This document shows, piece by piece, positions 1-13,723 of a stretch of 64,000 nt of DNA. Numbering within the stretch: the first letter of the stretch is position 1; each line of letters starts with the position of its first letter. The stretch lies in NCBI GenBank assembly GCA_009103225.1, contig RHPI01003041.1, positions 267,439 through 331,438 on the forward strand, in the 5' to 3' direction. The notes under the pieces are model-generated. The model worked only from the letters and a program-made list of their open reading frames with translations, searched no databases and was not told the DNA's origin. The stretch comes from Chlorokybus atmophyticus. Its lineage: Eukaryota > Plantae > Mesostigma and Chlorokybus algae. The position numbers and the translations under genes are program-made.

Positions 1-1
1 T

Positions 2-967
2 AAGCTGTGGAACGCCACACGCTTCGCCCTCATGAACCTAACGGACTTCACTCCTCACGAGGGAGTAATGCATGTGGACACGTCATCGTTGTCCTCCCCG
101 CTCGCAGTAAGGTGGGTCCTCTCGCGCCTCAACAACGCCATCAACACGACCGTGAAGGCCTTCGAGGCCTACGAGTTTGCCAACGTGACCACGAGCGTGT
201 ACGCCTTCTGGCAGTACGAGCTTTGCGATGTGTACATCGAGTTGATGAAGCCGCTGTTGACTGGGCCGGATGTGACGGCGAAACAACATGCTCAGGCCGC
301 ACTGTGGACCTGTCTGGATTGTGGCCTTCGCCTCCTTCACCCTATTATGCCTTTTGTCACGGAAGAACTCTGGCAACGGCTGCCAAGGACTGAAACCCAA
401 CGCAATGCCACGCCCTCTATTTGTGTCGCAGAGTACCCAAAGCATGTTGATGCGTGGGTTGATGAGGATGCAGAGAGGGTGATGAGTATAGTTGACAGCG
501 CTGCACGCGCCACGCGACAACTGAGAATGGCCTACAACGTGCCGCCGAAACAGCGGGTCCACGTGTCCGTCCTGTGCCGAGGTGGCGAGGACCTCGCGCG
601 CGTGGTGGAGGGCGCGGCCGGTGACGTGGCCACGCTGGCGGGGTGTGCGCGTGTGGATGTGCTCAAAGAGGGTGAGAGCGCACCTCCCGGCAGCGCTGTT
701 GGTATTGTTGATGATGCCATGAGCGTGTATCTCCACCTACGCGGCGTGGTGGACCCTGCGACCGAGCTGGACAAGCTGCGCAAGCGCGAGGAGGAGACGC
801 GTAAGAGTGCCAATGTCCTCGAGAAGAAGATGAATGCCACCGGATATGTAGACAAGGTGCCACACGCTGTCCAGGACGACAACCGAGCCAAGGCAGCCAA
901 GCTACAGGCCGAACTCGACTCCATTGCTGAGGCTGCGGAGGCATTCCATAAGCTGCTATTAGAGTGA
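2..967 (+). CDS. VARS: Valyl-tRNA synthetase, C-terminal part (anticodon-binding and coiled-coil arm); 5' end lies outside the window
   Basis: The frame from nt 2 reads KLWNATRFALMN, then WVLSRL...FWQYELCDVYIE...LLHPIMPFVTEELWQRLP...YVDKVP. These are ValRS motifs. Confidence 0.93.
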   Translation, partial: KLWNATRFALMNLTDFTPHEGVMHVDTSSLSSPLAVRWVLSRLNNAINTTVKAFEAYEFANVTTSVYAFWQYELCDVYIELMKPLLTGPDVTAKQHAQAALWTCLDCGLRLLHPIMPFVTEELWQRLPRTETQRNATPSICVAEYPKHVDAWVDEDAERVMSIVDSAARATRQLRMAYNVPPKQRVHVSVLCRGGEDLARVVEGAAGDVATLAGCARVDVLKEGESAPPGSAVGIVDDAMSVYLHLRGVVDPATELDKLRKREEETRKSANVLEKKMNATGYVDKVPHAVQDDNRAKAAKLQAELDSIAEAAEAFHKLLLE

Positions 968-1632
968 CATTTGTCGTTGTGGCTGAATGATTGATTCAAC
1001 TCAAGTTGGCAGCCTGCTGTTTTCTGGTCTGTTTGTTGCAGTGGCCATGTGCATGAAGGTGTGGTCATGCTGCGCGTGTTGGTACATGCATGCCATGTTC
1101 ATGTGATGTTGAGCGACCGAGTGCATGCAACAAAAGGCTGTTGGCTTCACTGTGTTGTGGCAACTGCAAGATACGCTGTCGCAGTTGTGTTGCACTGCTC
1201 GTGTCTACCTTTCCTTCACAATAGGAGAAGAGACTTGCATCGCACTCTGTCCATCCGACAATGTTGCGTGCTATCACTCGTCCAGGACCTCAGTAAGGGG
1301 CCGGAGCTTTCTCTAGACAGCTAGCTAACATTGTCCAATTTGGAACACAATGTGATGTTGTGACCCGCTATGCTAATCTCCTCCTCCTGCATGACACTCC
1401 AATAGCAAATGGCCACTGGCACAGACATTGCCACGCTGTAACCAGCGTACCAGTACGGTACCAGGCAATAATTACGCGCGCACTGATATCTAACACTTAT
1501 GCGACATCTTGCACCGATATTCGCGCCCAAGATCAAAAGTGTATCGGAGATCTGACTTTCTGATCTCCGATACACATAGTGTGCAGTTTGGGCTGGTTTG
1601 TTGGCATTGGCGGCATTGCTAGCATCATCCAC

Positions 1633-3265
1633 CATGGCGGCGGCGACGGCGACGGCGGCGGCGATGGCAGCGTCAGCTGGGCTCGTATCATCCTCGTCAT
1701 TCACCTCCGTTTCTAGCAGGAGGAGAGAAGCATGCACCTCACTGCATGGCTCCCGCCGCCGCCTGAAGGCGCACACCCACAAGCCCACCCACAAGGCCAA
1801 CAACATGGTGAGGGTGGCGGCGACGTCGGTGGAGAGGGACGAGACCGTGGCCGAGAGACCAGAGGAGCCTGCTGTGGTTGGTCTCGGTGAGGCTCTGTGG
1901 GACGTGTTCAAGGACGCCAGGCGGCCTGGCGGCGCCCCGGCCAACGTGGCCTGGCATGCGGGCCAGATGGGCTGTCGTGGCGTCCTGGCCTCACGCGTAG
2001 GCAAAGACGACGACGGCGATGAGTATGTCAAGTTTGTAGCAGATCAGAGCCTGGAGACAGCCTATATACAGAGGGATGAGAGCAGACCAACGGGAAGGGC
2101 GGAGGTGGAAGTGGACTCCGCCGGCCAGCCCAAGTAAGGAGCAGTATCATACTAAGTACAGAATGTCATACCAGAACCTGGAATTGGCACTGGTACTGGC
2201 ATAGCCAGCACCAGTGCCACAAACATCGTCAGCAGCATCAACACTACCGGTACCAGTATTATAATCCGTACCACTACCAGTATCATACTTTTTATCCATG
2301 CCTGTATCAGTACTACTGCCATTATTATACCTGCACTGGCACTGGCACAAGCACCAATACTGGTGTCCTGTGCCAGTGACAGTGACAGCACCAATACAGC
2401 TAAGTACCAGCATCAGCGTCAGTGCCAATGCATGCGCTTATGTCCGGGAAAAGCCAGTGCCAGTGCCAGTGCCAGTGATACCCAGCAACAGTATCAATGC
2501 ATGCATTCAAGCCCTTCAAACACCCAACACAACATGACTGAGAGTCCATTTCAGGTATAATATCGTAGAGGGTGTGGCTTACGACGCGATCGAGCTCGTG
2601 CCCGAGCTTGAGCGTTTGATGTCCAAAGAGGTCTCCGCCGTGTGTTTCGGCACATTGGCCCAAAGAAACAGCAAGTCGCGCGACACTATTCACAAGTGTC
2701 TGGAGCTTGCATCCACCTCAAGGCCAGCTTGCCTCCGCGTGTACGACGTGAACCTGAGGCAAAAGTACTTCAGCAAAGATGTTGTGTCTGGTTCGTTGAC
2801 TCGCGCCAACACGGTGAAGCTCAACTCGGACGAGGTGGTCGTCATCAACGACCTGCTTGATGTTGGAGTCGAGGCACCTGAAAGGAATCACCTCGCCTTT
2901 GCGCGAGCGCTGTTGGACAAGTTCAACTCCCTGCAACTTGTGGTTGTGACAAGGGGGAAGGATGGGTGTATGGTTGTGTCGCATAAAGATTACGCTGAAG
3001 AGAAGGCGAAACCGGTCAAGGTGGCGGATGCGGTTGGGGCGGGAGACGCCTTTACTGCGGCTTTGATCACCGCCAGGTGTGCGCATCCTGCATGGCGTGT
3101 ATGTGTGTGTTGTGTGTCACATAGACACATGTATGATACATACCCGCACGTGCATGCACGCGCACGCACATTCGTGGGTGGTACCTGTGGTGGCGTGCAC
3201 ATCGTCACACCACATTCGCACACGCGCATACACTCGAGCGTGCACACAACCTCTGATTCTCCCTA

Positions 3266-3320
<55 letters not shown>

Positions 3321-3500
3321 AGGTTGAACGGCTGGACGCTTTCCGCCACGGCCGCTTTCGCGAACGAGGTGGGCGGTCTTGTGGCCAGCAAGGACGGCGC
3401 GCAGCCGGTGTTGAGAGACGAGTTCAAGGCGCTGCAGGCCAAGTACGCCGATGGGGTGACGATGCAGAGGGAACACAACAAGCAGCAGGTGGAAGCGTGA
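1633..3500 (+). CDS. PfkB/ribokinase-family sugar kinase (fructokinase-like) with predicted plastid transit peptide; 3 exons (1633-2133, 2555-3076, 3323-3500)
   Basis: Motifs GEALWD, GGAPANVA, SRVGKDDDG, VVTRGKDG and DAVGAGDAF. GT-AG junctions restore the frame (PK|YNIVEG, TAR|LNGW). The N-terminus is Ala/Ser/Arg-rich. Confidence 0.9.
3268..3319. repeat. (CA)n microsatellite in intron 2 of the PfkB gene
   Basis: Perfect CA run visible in the sequence. Confidence 0.95.
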
Positions 3501-4235
3501 TAGAAGGGTGGTTGGGTGGGAGGGTGGTTGGGTATATGTTGGGATGTAGGTGGTGGGTTTGAGTTGGGGTGGGTGGGTAGGATGCAGTACCAACCACACC
3601 CACAGTGTGTAGTGTATTGTGTGATTAGTGTCGTTGGTGTTAACTTAACCGATTTTGTACTTGGCCTTTGGATGTCCATATTTGACTTGCTGTGTGCGTC
3701 TCTGTTGTGACACAGGATAGTAGTTATTGATGGTGTCAACACTGTGGTGTGACGTGCTGTACTTGTAGAGTTGCTGTTCTCACAACCAGTGTTCCAGCTT
3801 GGGAGCAAGAGGACTCCTACTAAAAGAGTGAATAACACCACTCTACGTGTGCATTGCCAGCCTGGTAATGCTGCATGATGTAAGTCGATGGATGCAAGTA
3901 TGAAAACTGCTGAGACACGCAAGTGTGCTCGGAAGTGTGTGTGCGCACATGCAATGAGCATGCGTACACACGCATCTGAGTGTGCGTACACGTAGGGGAA
4001 TGGGGGACTACATCAATATGTTGTAGCAATGTCTCTGTTTGCCTTGCCTCACATGTATAATGACAATGACATGGACAAAACGCAGCCATGCTTTGCCAGT
4101 GATCATGCCATTAGTTGCATTCAATTCAACAACACCCACCTGCATGAAGCAAGTGCAGTGCATAGAGGGGGAACACACTACGGATCACAACGATAAGCAA
4201 TTGGGGAATGGATTCCCAAGTCACACGACAACTTC

Positions 4236-5171
4236 TCATCGCTGTCCAAACAGCATTGCGAGGTTCATCGCGGCCTCGATCGTGGGCATGACCACTTCGT
4301 AAGGGCACGTGTCGGAGAAGCCGCCCCCCTCGCCCCCCTGCTTCTGCCTCGCCTTGCGCATGCACTGGATGAGGTCCGCGTGGCAACCGTTGTCCAGAAG
4401 GCCTGGGAGGGAGGGGTGTTGTGCATGTGCACGTGGGTGCATGTGGGTGTGGGTGAGGGTGTGCATGTGCATGCTTGTGCGCGGGTGCATGCGCGTGTGC
4501 GTGCACACGTGGTTCGATGCGTGCGTGTGCGCGTGTATAGGAGAAGGCGAAACTGGTGGAGGCGTGCGTGCGTGCGTGCGTGTGCGTATCTGTGTCTGTA
4601 CGTGTGTGTATATGTGCGCGCGTGAGCGTGCGTGTGCGTGTGCGTATCTGTGTGCGTGCGTGCGTGCGTGCGTGCATATGTAGGTCGTTGTACCTCGCTG
4701 TTCGCAGCATCGGTCGTGTTTCATGCAGCACGCGTCCAGCGCATCACAGGGCGTCTCACCCTCGCAACCCGTCCAACCCACCCCGCAGTACTTCCCATAC
4801 CGCAGCCCCACACCTTCCAGTACACACACACATCAAACACTTTGGTGTGCTGTTGGGTTACTGTTCCGTTAAGTTACTCTCTGTGATGAGCTGCGTATGC
4901 ATGCAACAGCACTGCACCACTGTTCTGCTACACACACGCGCACGCGCGCGCAACAACAGCAACAACCACTACATGTTGTGTTGGTGTGTTAAGTTACAAT
5001 GCGAGACTCCTTTGGCTCTTTCTCACCGCGGCAGTCCTTGGCCACACAGGTTCTGCTGCACTCGGGTTGATACTCCAAACCCACCTGGAAAGAAGGTGTT
5101 GACAAAGCGGCGAAGGCCAGCGCAAGTGCATAGAATAAGTCAGAGGCGGTATACAAGTAACAGGTTGACAT
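4236..5171 (-). CDS. Plant-type secretory phospholipase A2; 3 exons (5171-5027, 4813-4694, 4402-4236)
   Basis: Signal-peptide-like N-terminus, CSRTC, the LRYGKYCG Ca2+ loop, the DACCMKHDRC catalytic His-Asp motif and a C-terminal C...C. Splice sites join in frame. Confidence 0.9.
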
Positions 5172-5705
5172 AAATCGAAATGCAATGCAAATGCGTTGAT
5201 TGCAATCCCAACCTGCGCCTTCACTCCGCCCACTTGTTTTGATGCCGAGATTTTCGCGCAGCTTGCTAAGTCACAGACTCTAAGTAACAGAAGCAGCAAG
5301 AGCAACAGTGTCGAGCACAGCAGCGGTGACGCCGACAGCATCCGCATTGACACCGCCGCCGCTGCCGCCGCTTCTTTCACCTAAATGGCAATTGGGTAAA
5401 CTGTCGCAAGCATCAGGCAGCCGTTAGCCGTTCATTCTACTCACAAAGCTGACTCGCAGTAAACTGACGTGGCCGCTTGAAATAAGAGCCCAGTTAGAAA
5501 ACGCAGTTAAATCCCATGCCTAGTTGTAATCTGCCTGCTTGATATCGATATGTTGTAAGATCAGTGGCAGAATCAATGTTAAGGCACAGATGTGCTGCTT
5601 CTGACGATGACACTTTTGCACATCTTTGGTCAGCTTGTTGCTAACCGGACTGAGTTAGGGTTTTGGTTGTCATTTTTCACCTTTTGCTGCGGATTTTTCT
5701 GCACC

Positions 5706-7076
5706 ATGGCGGCGGCGGCGGCGATGGCGGCCTTGGCGCCGGCCGCATTGGTGAGTTCCGGTGCCAGGGTGGGTTCAGGGTTAGCTTCTCAGCCGGCGGA
5801 GCGCCAGCAGCGCAGGGCGGCCGCCCTGCGGGGGAGCCTCGCCGGCCAGGATGTCCCTGCGGCCGCGGCGGCGGCGGAGGTGGTGGCGGTGGTGGGGCAG
5901 AGCGACAGGCGCAAGCACAAGCGACGTGGCGGGGGATCGTCTCCCCAGGTCATGGCCGGTCTGTTCGGTGGACTGTTTGGCGGGGGAGACCCAGCTGAAG
6001 CCACTGCCAAGAAGTGAGTGAGTGTGTCACACCATGCAAGTAGTGCTTTGGTATTCCGTATAGTCAGATCTTTATGCGAGCATGGTGTAGCATCTCTGTC
6101 TTTCTCAGTATGTCTCTCTCAATAGTAGCTGTTATGGTGTGCATACAGTCACTCATGCATGCACAAGTGACGTTACTATACAACAGCCCTACACCTTCCT
6201 TGCATGTACTACTTCACAAGTGCTTACTGCACTGCGTATTTGTGTGTATGTTTTGCATGCGTGCATGTACAGGTCTATGCCTGCACATTGTCTCTTTAAT
6301 CAGACCCACTCTTTGCAGATACGCAACGCGTGTGGCAGAGATAAGCGCCCTTGAGCCTGCGGTCTCAGCTCTTTCTGACGAGACGCTAAGGTCACGCACA
6401 GGTGCCTTGAAGCAGAGGCTGGAGCAGGGGGAGACTCTTGACGACATCCTGCCCGAGGTGAGATTGACAGCTTGGGGTGTGTTGTTGCTGTGCGTGCGTG
6501 CGTGCGTATGTGTGTGCATGCGCACGCGCTCGCTTGCACACACACACACGCACATATGTGCGCCTGCATGCATGGCTTCACGTACTGTTGCATGCAAACA
6601 GCAACAGCAACAGCTGCAGGAACTGCATGTGAGTACGTGCGTGCATGCACAAACATCTGCATATGTGCCAACAGGCGTTTGCGGTGGCGAGGGAGGCATC
6701 CAAGCGCGTTCTTGGCCTGCGGCCTTTCGACGTGCAGCTGATAGGAGGAATCATTTTGCACGAGGGACGCATTGCTGAGATGCGCACCGGAGAAGGTATG
6801 CAGTCACTACCAAATTCGGCCCACTATGCGTGCAGTGCCATTCATTGGTTGTTGGGCAACATAAACATGAAAAGGTTGTTGGTTACTCCCATTTTGACAC
6901 AACATGTTGGTGTGTAGGCAAGACATTGGTGGCGGTGCTGCCCTCGTACCTGAACGCTCTGGCGGGCAATGGCGTGCACGTGGTTACTGTGAACGACTAT
7001 CTGGCGCGGCGCGATTGCGAGTGGGTCGGCCAAGTCGCCCGTTTCCTCGGCCTAAAGGTAAATGTGTGCGTGTGCG

Positions 7077-7137
<61 letters not shown>

Positions 7138-10100
7138 NNNNNNNNNNNNNNNNNNNNNNNNNNNNNNNNNNNNNNNNNNNNNNNNNNNNNNNNNNNNNNN
7201 NNNNNNNNNNNNGGGGGGGGCGCGTGTGTGTGTGTCACACTTGTTGATGGCATGAATGAGTGTGAGCCTATCCGCATGTTCATACGGACATGTGCGAGTG
7301 TGTATGCACGTGGGTGGGTGTACCATGTTCAGTCCAAGTATCCATCAATCAATTAACAACAAGTGTTCCCTCATTGTGCAGGTCGGTTTGGTTCAGAGCG
7401 GTATGGTGGACGAGCAGAGGCGTGCAGCTTACGCGTGCGACATCACGTATGTGACCAACAGCGAGCTCGGCTTCGACTATCTCCGCGACAACCTCGCACA
7501 GAACCGAGACAATCTCGTGCTGCGCAACTTCAACTACTGCATCATTGATGAGGTGTGGATATGCGCTCTATAAACACACTCAGCACATTGTAGCTTTGAG
7601 TCACATACAACTAATACATTTGTTCCTTTAACTGTTGTCCGTAGGTGGACTCTATCCTTATTGATGAGGCCAGGACGCCACTCATCATTTCTGGCTCTGC
7701 GGCCAAACCATCCGACAAGTACATCAAGGTATGGTTATTAGGCTGGATGAAGCAAAGTAATCATGCATTGTGTGCTATGTGGTTATGTTTTGAAGTACCG
7801 CAATGTTTAGTTGGGAAATTGGCAACTCACAACCATGTGGTGGGCACTATGTGGATGTGTTGTTACACCCACCATCACCACGAAGTGTCGTATGTTGTCA
7901 CAGATTTGTTACATCATCATGTTGTCATTACACCTTGTGGTATCTCCCTAGGCAGCAAAGCTTGCGAAAGCGTTCATTCGTGACGTGCATTACACGGTGG
8001 ACGAGAAGCAAAAGAGTGTTGTTTTAACAGAAGAGGGTTATGAGGCCGCTGAGGACATATTGCAAGTGTCCGATCTATACGACCCGCGTCATCAGTGGGC
8101 TTTGTTCGTGATCAACGCTCTCAAAGCGAAGGAGCTTCAGTTGAGAGACGTGAATTATATTGTTAGAAGTGGTGAGGTGATGATTGTGGACGAGTTCACG
8201 GGACGCGTGTTGCCGGGACGACGTTGGAGCGAAGGACTCCATCAGGCCGTTGAGGCTAAAGAGGGTGTGAAGATACAGGATGAGACCGTAACGCTCGCGT
8301 CGATATCGTATCAGAACTTCTTTCTGCAGTTTCCGAAACGGTCGGGCATGACTGGTACAGCTGCCACGGAGAAGGGCGAGTTCAAGGTATGTGGGTTTGT
8401 GCATATGTTGTGCATGTTGTGTATGTTGTGTCGGGTGGTGGCTGACGGGGTGAGGTTGTGTACAGGCGATATATGGGCTCGATGTGGAGGTTGTGCCAAC
8501 GCATAGGACCGTCTCGAGACAGGACTTTCCAGACGTGGTCTTCCGCACAGCAGAGGGCAAATGGGGCGCTGTGAGTGATGTGTTCATGCATGCGTGGGAG
8601 TGCGCATGTGCTTGTGCATGTGTGCGTGCATGTGGGTGCGTGCGTGCGTGCATGTGGATGTGTGCGCTTGTGGGTGCACATTAGCTGTCTTTATGCACTA
8701 GTGCACATGCGTAAGACAGCTAATGTACTTTGTTTTGGGTTCAGGTTGCGAGCGAGGTGGCACGCATGCACAAGAACGGGCGTCCTGTGCTTGTGGGCAC
8801 GACGAGTGTGGAGCAGAGCGAGCAGCTCTCCGCTCTCCTCAACAAGAAGCGCGTGCCCCACCGCATCCTCAATGCCAAACCCGAGAACGTCGAGCGCGAG
8901 GCCGAGATCGTTGCGCAGGTAGGTGGTCATAGTGTGTCAAAGTCTCTCACCCTCATCTCGCACTCTTTGCACCCAACTCGTGCGCTTTATTGCAGTCCGG
9001 AAGGAAAGGCGCAGTCACTATTGCCACCAACATGGCGGGGCGAGGCACGGATATCATTCTTGGAGGCAATGCAGAGTTCATGGCGAAGCTCAAGCTTCGA
9101 GAGCTTCTCATGCCGCGTGTCGTGCGGCCTCCTGATGACCAGGTTAGTGAATGTGAGGGTTTCTACAATGTACTCATGCTTGCATCAACGCACAAACGCG
9201 TGCGCAGTTCCAATGCATGCCCGTGTGTGTATGTGCCTAGCGCATATGCGATGAGCAGGTGCGCAGGTGTACGCGCATCAGCGTGTGCATACAATGTGTC
9301 AACTGTTCAGCAATTGTAGACTTTGCGCGTGTTTACATACGGGATTCACATGCCCACGGTGTTTGCCTTTGTACTGGCAAACACAGACACATGCAACTGT
9401 GAGCAATCATCCGCATGTGCATGTGTTGCATGCCTGGAAGTGTATGTGTTGTCGTTATAATGCTCATGTTGGATTGGCTTGCAACAGATCAACTTTGAGA
9501 ACGGTGTGACAGACGTGAAACCCCGCAAGTCGTGGGCGACGTCCCCGGACCTGTACCCGTGCGAGCTGTCGGCGAAGACGCTCGCGATGGCCAACGAGGC
9601 CGTCGACGCCGCCGTCAGCGCGTGGGGAAAGGAGAGCACGCCCGAACTCGAGGTCGAAGACCGACTCGCCGTCGCATCGGAAAAGGTAATGTGTGTGCAA
9701 GTGGACGTGGCGTGGTAGACAGACATGTGTGCATGCGCATGTGCGCGCACATGCATATGTGTGCGTGTGTGTATAAATGTGCATGCATGTATGCGCCTGT
9801 GTACGTTTACGTGCACGTGATGGGGCGTGATTGCCTCGTTATGACAACACTTGTAGAGGGCAGAACACCCTTTAGTGTGGAGTTGCAAGGAGTTACACCC
9901 CGTACGTTAGCTGAGAGTGCATGAGTGCAACACGCTTGTCCTTACAGCGTATGCGCGTGCTTTATCGCAGGGACCACTCGACGACTCCGTGCTGAAGAAG
10001 CTCCGGGACGCGCTTTCATCGATGCAGTCCGAATACGCCGAGTACGCTCGTCGCGACCGCGAGGAGGTCGTTACGTTGGGCGGTCTCCATGTGGTGGGCA

Positions 10101-11651
10101 CGGAGCGTCACGAGTCCCGTCGCATCGACAACCAGTTGCGAGGACGAAGCGGGAGACAGGGGGACCCGGGAAGCACGCGCTACTTCCTCGCGCTCACGGA
10201 CAACCTGTTCCGCATATTCGGAGGGGACCGCATACAGGCACTCATGACGGCGTTCCGGGTGGATGATTTACCTATTGAGAGTGGCATGCTCAGCAAGTCA
10301 CTCGACGAAGCACAACGCAAGGTGGAGACTTTGTTGTGTTGTGTGCTGACGAGCGCCTGAGTATGTGTGTTATTTTGGCATGTGTTCAGGTGCGCGCGCG
10401 AAAACACACATGCATGTGCGCGCGCGCATGCACACACATGTTGTCGGTGCACGCGTGGGTGTGCAGTGTGTTGCGCGCGCGCGTGTGCAGTGTGTTGTCA
10501 TGTCTGATGCTCTTTGGAGACATGTGCATAATTGTGTGTTGTTGACACAACTGTGTGCAGGTGGAGACGTACTTTTACGACATCCGCAAGCAGCTGTTCG
10601 AGTACGACGAGGTGTTGAACTCGCAGAGAGAGAAGCTTTACTACGAACGGCGGAGGGCTTTGCTCGCGGACGATCTCTCTGAACAGATGGTTGAATTCGC
10701 CGATGCCACAATGGATGACATCCTTCAAGCCAACGTGGACACGTCGTTGAAGCCCGATCAGTGGGAACTCGACGACTTGGCAACCAAACTGAAACAGTAC
10801 TGTTATCTCCTCGACGGCGTCACAGCACAATCGCTCCGGCAAGCCGCGAGAGACGACTATGAAACCCTCCGCGACCACCTTCATGAACTGGGCAGGAGTG
10901 CTTACTACACCAAGCGAGCGGAGGTGGGTACACTTGCACATGGTCTGGTTGAGATCGTGTGCGCGCGCGTGCACGTGCGCATGTGTGTGTGCCCGTGCAC
11001 GCACGCGCATGCCTGCGGGCAAGTGTGTGTTGATGTGGGAGTGTGCGTGCATTCTGCGCACGTGTGTTTTGGGGAAGTGAGGATGCGTGTGTCTGTTTGA
11101 CGATGGTATGGTGGGTGCGTATGTGGCCTTCACTTATCATATTGTCTCAGGTTGAAGCGGTTGAGAAGGGTTTGATGGACGAGGCGGAGCGGTTCTTCGT
11201 GCTTTCGCAGACGGACAAATTGTGGCAGGATCACCTTCAGAGCATCAAGTTTGTGCAGCAGGCGGTGGGGCTGAGGGGCTACGCGCAGCGTGACCCCCTG
11301 ACGGAGTACAAGCTCGAGGGTTACAACCTCTTTGCTGAGATGATGGCACAGATCCGACGCAACGTCATCTACTCGGTGTACCAGTTCCGACCCGTCGTTC
11401 GCCAGGCCACAGTCACCGATGAGGGAGACATCATCGAGTATGATGAGGCCACTTCTAGCAGCAACAATTCTAGCACGAGTTCTGCTGCGGCTGAGTCAAG
11501 TGTGGCTGATGCTAACAGCAGCAGGCCGCTTGCTGGGGCTGCATCGTCTTCTTCCTCTTCTTCTTCTTCTTCCTCTTCTTCTTCATCCACTGCTGCTGTG
11601 GCTTCAGCTGGAGGCAAGAAGGGCAATAGCAAGCGTAAGGGGAAGAAGTAG
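5706..11651 (+). CDS. SECA1: Plastid preprotein translocase SecA; many exons, one intron contains an N-gap
   Basis: Motifs [17 protein letters not shown]|KTL, DE|[53 protein letters not shown] and [11 protein letters not shown]. The N-terminus looks like a transit peptide. Confidence 0.96.
7138..7211. other. Assembly gap flanked by poly-G
   Basis: Run of N. Confidence 0.99.
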
Positions 11652-12525
11652 CTAGGTGGTGTTGTTGGCTCGTAGTGCGGTTTTGTTAATACCACCAGGC
11701 TAAAGGGCAGAGTTTCGTACAATTGAAGTGAGGTGTCTGGTTATGGCTGTGACCCATAATCTATAGCTGCAATGTGGAAGGCATATCATCGGTGTATCTG
11801 ATATGCTACTGTCTTGCCTCTAACAACTTCTCAAATAACGTTACTTCTTCATTGCGCTACTGTCTTTCAAATGTGTGTTAGGGAGCATTAGCCAAAGAGA
11901 CTTGTCAAGTGCACAGCCACCGGCTACTGTTATTGGCACGCGTGTGGTAGTACAGTATCCACCTACGTTCGGGGATATAGCTGGATACGAAGTATGCAAT
12001 GCTGTGCATATGACCGTGCCTAATGAAACATTCTGAACTGTTGTGCATTTGCTTTTGTCAATTGTAAATGCCGTAATGGTTGCAGCTTTTCAAAACGACA
12101 CATGCAGTAGACAACACATGCAATGAGACGGACGTGACGGTGCCACCACAACTGCGTAGTGTTGGTGCTGGTGTCAAATCAACATTACCTCCGTGTAGCA
12201 CTGCACACGCATTGCTATCACCAGACGTCAGCTGAATGTTCTGCACGATCAGATGTTGCATGCCGATGGTACAAGCAGGCATATGACAAGCGCATAACTT
12301 CATTACTGGTGTAGTTATGAGGTAATTTGATGAATTCGCGGGTGTAACCTCCAAAGAACACACATGCACGGCAACGCCACATAATCAACCTGATGCAGGT
12401 GGCAACAAACAAAAAGCCATTGGAGAATGGTCATGCAACCACTGTGCACAATTTACACGGTGTACGGAATCATATACTACATATCCAAGGTTTGGGCAGT
12501 TTACTGTCAGCAACAACAAGACTAT

Positions 12526-13723
12526 CTAAACATCCGCGGGCTTCTTGCCGGTGAACTTGATCTTGGCGGGGTTGGTGTTCTCACCAATGGATCGCATGTT
12601 TGCGTTGACAGGTGTCCGGCCAGCGTTGACCTTCTCGGGGTAAACGCCATCCTTAGGGTGCAAGTACTGGACCTGTAACATCAAGTAAACACATGTCAGA
12701 TAGGCACTTCCTCCAACGCCTAGTAAACACTCAGCAAGACAGCTCGATAACAAAAGCTTGACAATTGCTTGCAGTGCATGCGATGGTGACACAACACACG
12801 CCCTGCACAGCAATCATATTGATTTGTATTTAGTGGTAACGTGTAAAGGATAGCATTGCAAGCAAGGGTAACTGAGATAAGTACCTCGCCAGATGGGAAA
12901 ATGCGGTAGATCTGGTAGTTGATCTTGGACTTCTCGCGGAGCGTCCTGCCGAGGGCCAGGCACTGCTCCTTGCGCGCAAGCTTCAGCAGGTTGGGGCCCT
13001 TGCGCATGATCGCGGCGCCACCGGTGGGCATCTCGAAGATGGCCTCCTGCTTGCCCTCCCAGGTGATAGCATAGAACTCCTCAACCTGCAAATCTCAGAG
13101 TCAGCACCTTGGCAACATACCAGATAAAACGCCTGCCAACACGCTCTACCCCAAGCAGCTGTAAACCTTAAAAATCATGTGCGAATTGCAACCTGAAAGA
13201 TACAGCACACAGACAACCACGTGCGGCGGTTGCATGTGTAGACTATGTGCACTCCTTGAAAGAGATGCAACGTTCAGCAGACAACGATTACATCCAGCTG
13301 CAACCTTGAGCCCAAGAACACAAATGCGGCAAGCACAACTGTAACTGTATGATCCACAGAAGGCACAGCTGAGTAAGCAAAACAACAATGTGCGGCACGC
13401 ACACCTACAACAACATACAATAACCCAGAAACAACTAAAATCCTTACCTGAGCCTTGCGAAGAAGGCCGCCGGTGGAGCCACCGAAGATGGGGGAAGGGG
13501 TGTCAGGGTTGAGCTTAGGGGCAGTGAACTCCTTGGACGCGGCCTCAGCGGTCTCGGCGGCGCGGACCTGCAACGAAGCTCTCCGGACGGGCATGGCAAC
13601 GGTGGACGCCGCCACCTTCTGCCCAGCAAGGAAGGAGGTCCTGCCAGCCGGCCGCAGGGCGGCGGAGCTGGTAGGGGCCTGGACGGCCACCATGGAGGAA
13701 GTGCAGGCCGCCGAAGACGCCAT
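12526..13723 (-). CDS. psaD: Photosystem I subunit II (PsaD); 3 exons (13723-13448, 13085-12885, 12672-12526)
   Basis: Motifs [17 protein letters not shown]|[28 protein letters not shown] and E|[16 protein letters not shown], preceded by a transit peptide. Confidence 0.98.

Noticed and set aside
7079-7218. Long poly-G and poly-C runs next to N-gaps (also 15142-15166) as possible G-quadruplex elements
   Set aside because: They abut assembly gaps, so their length and sequence are unreliable.
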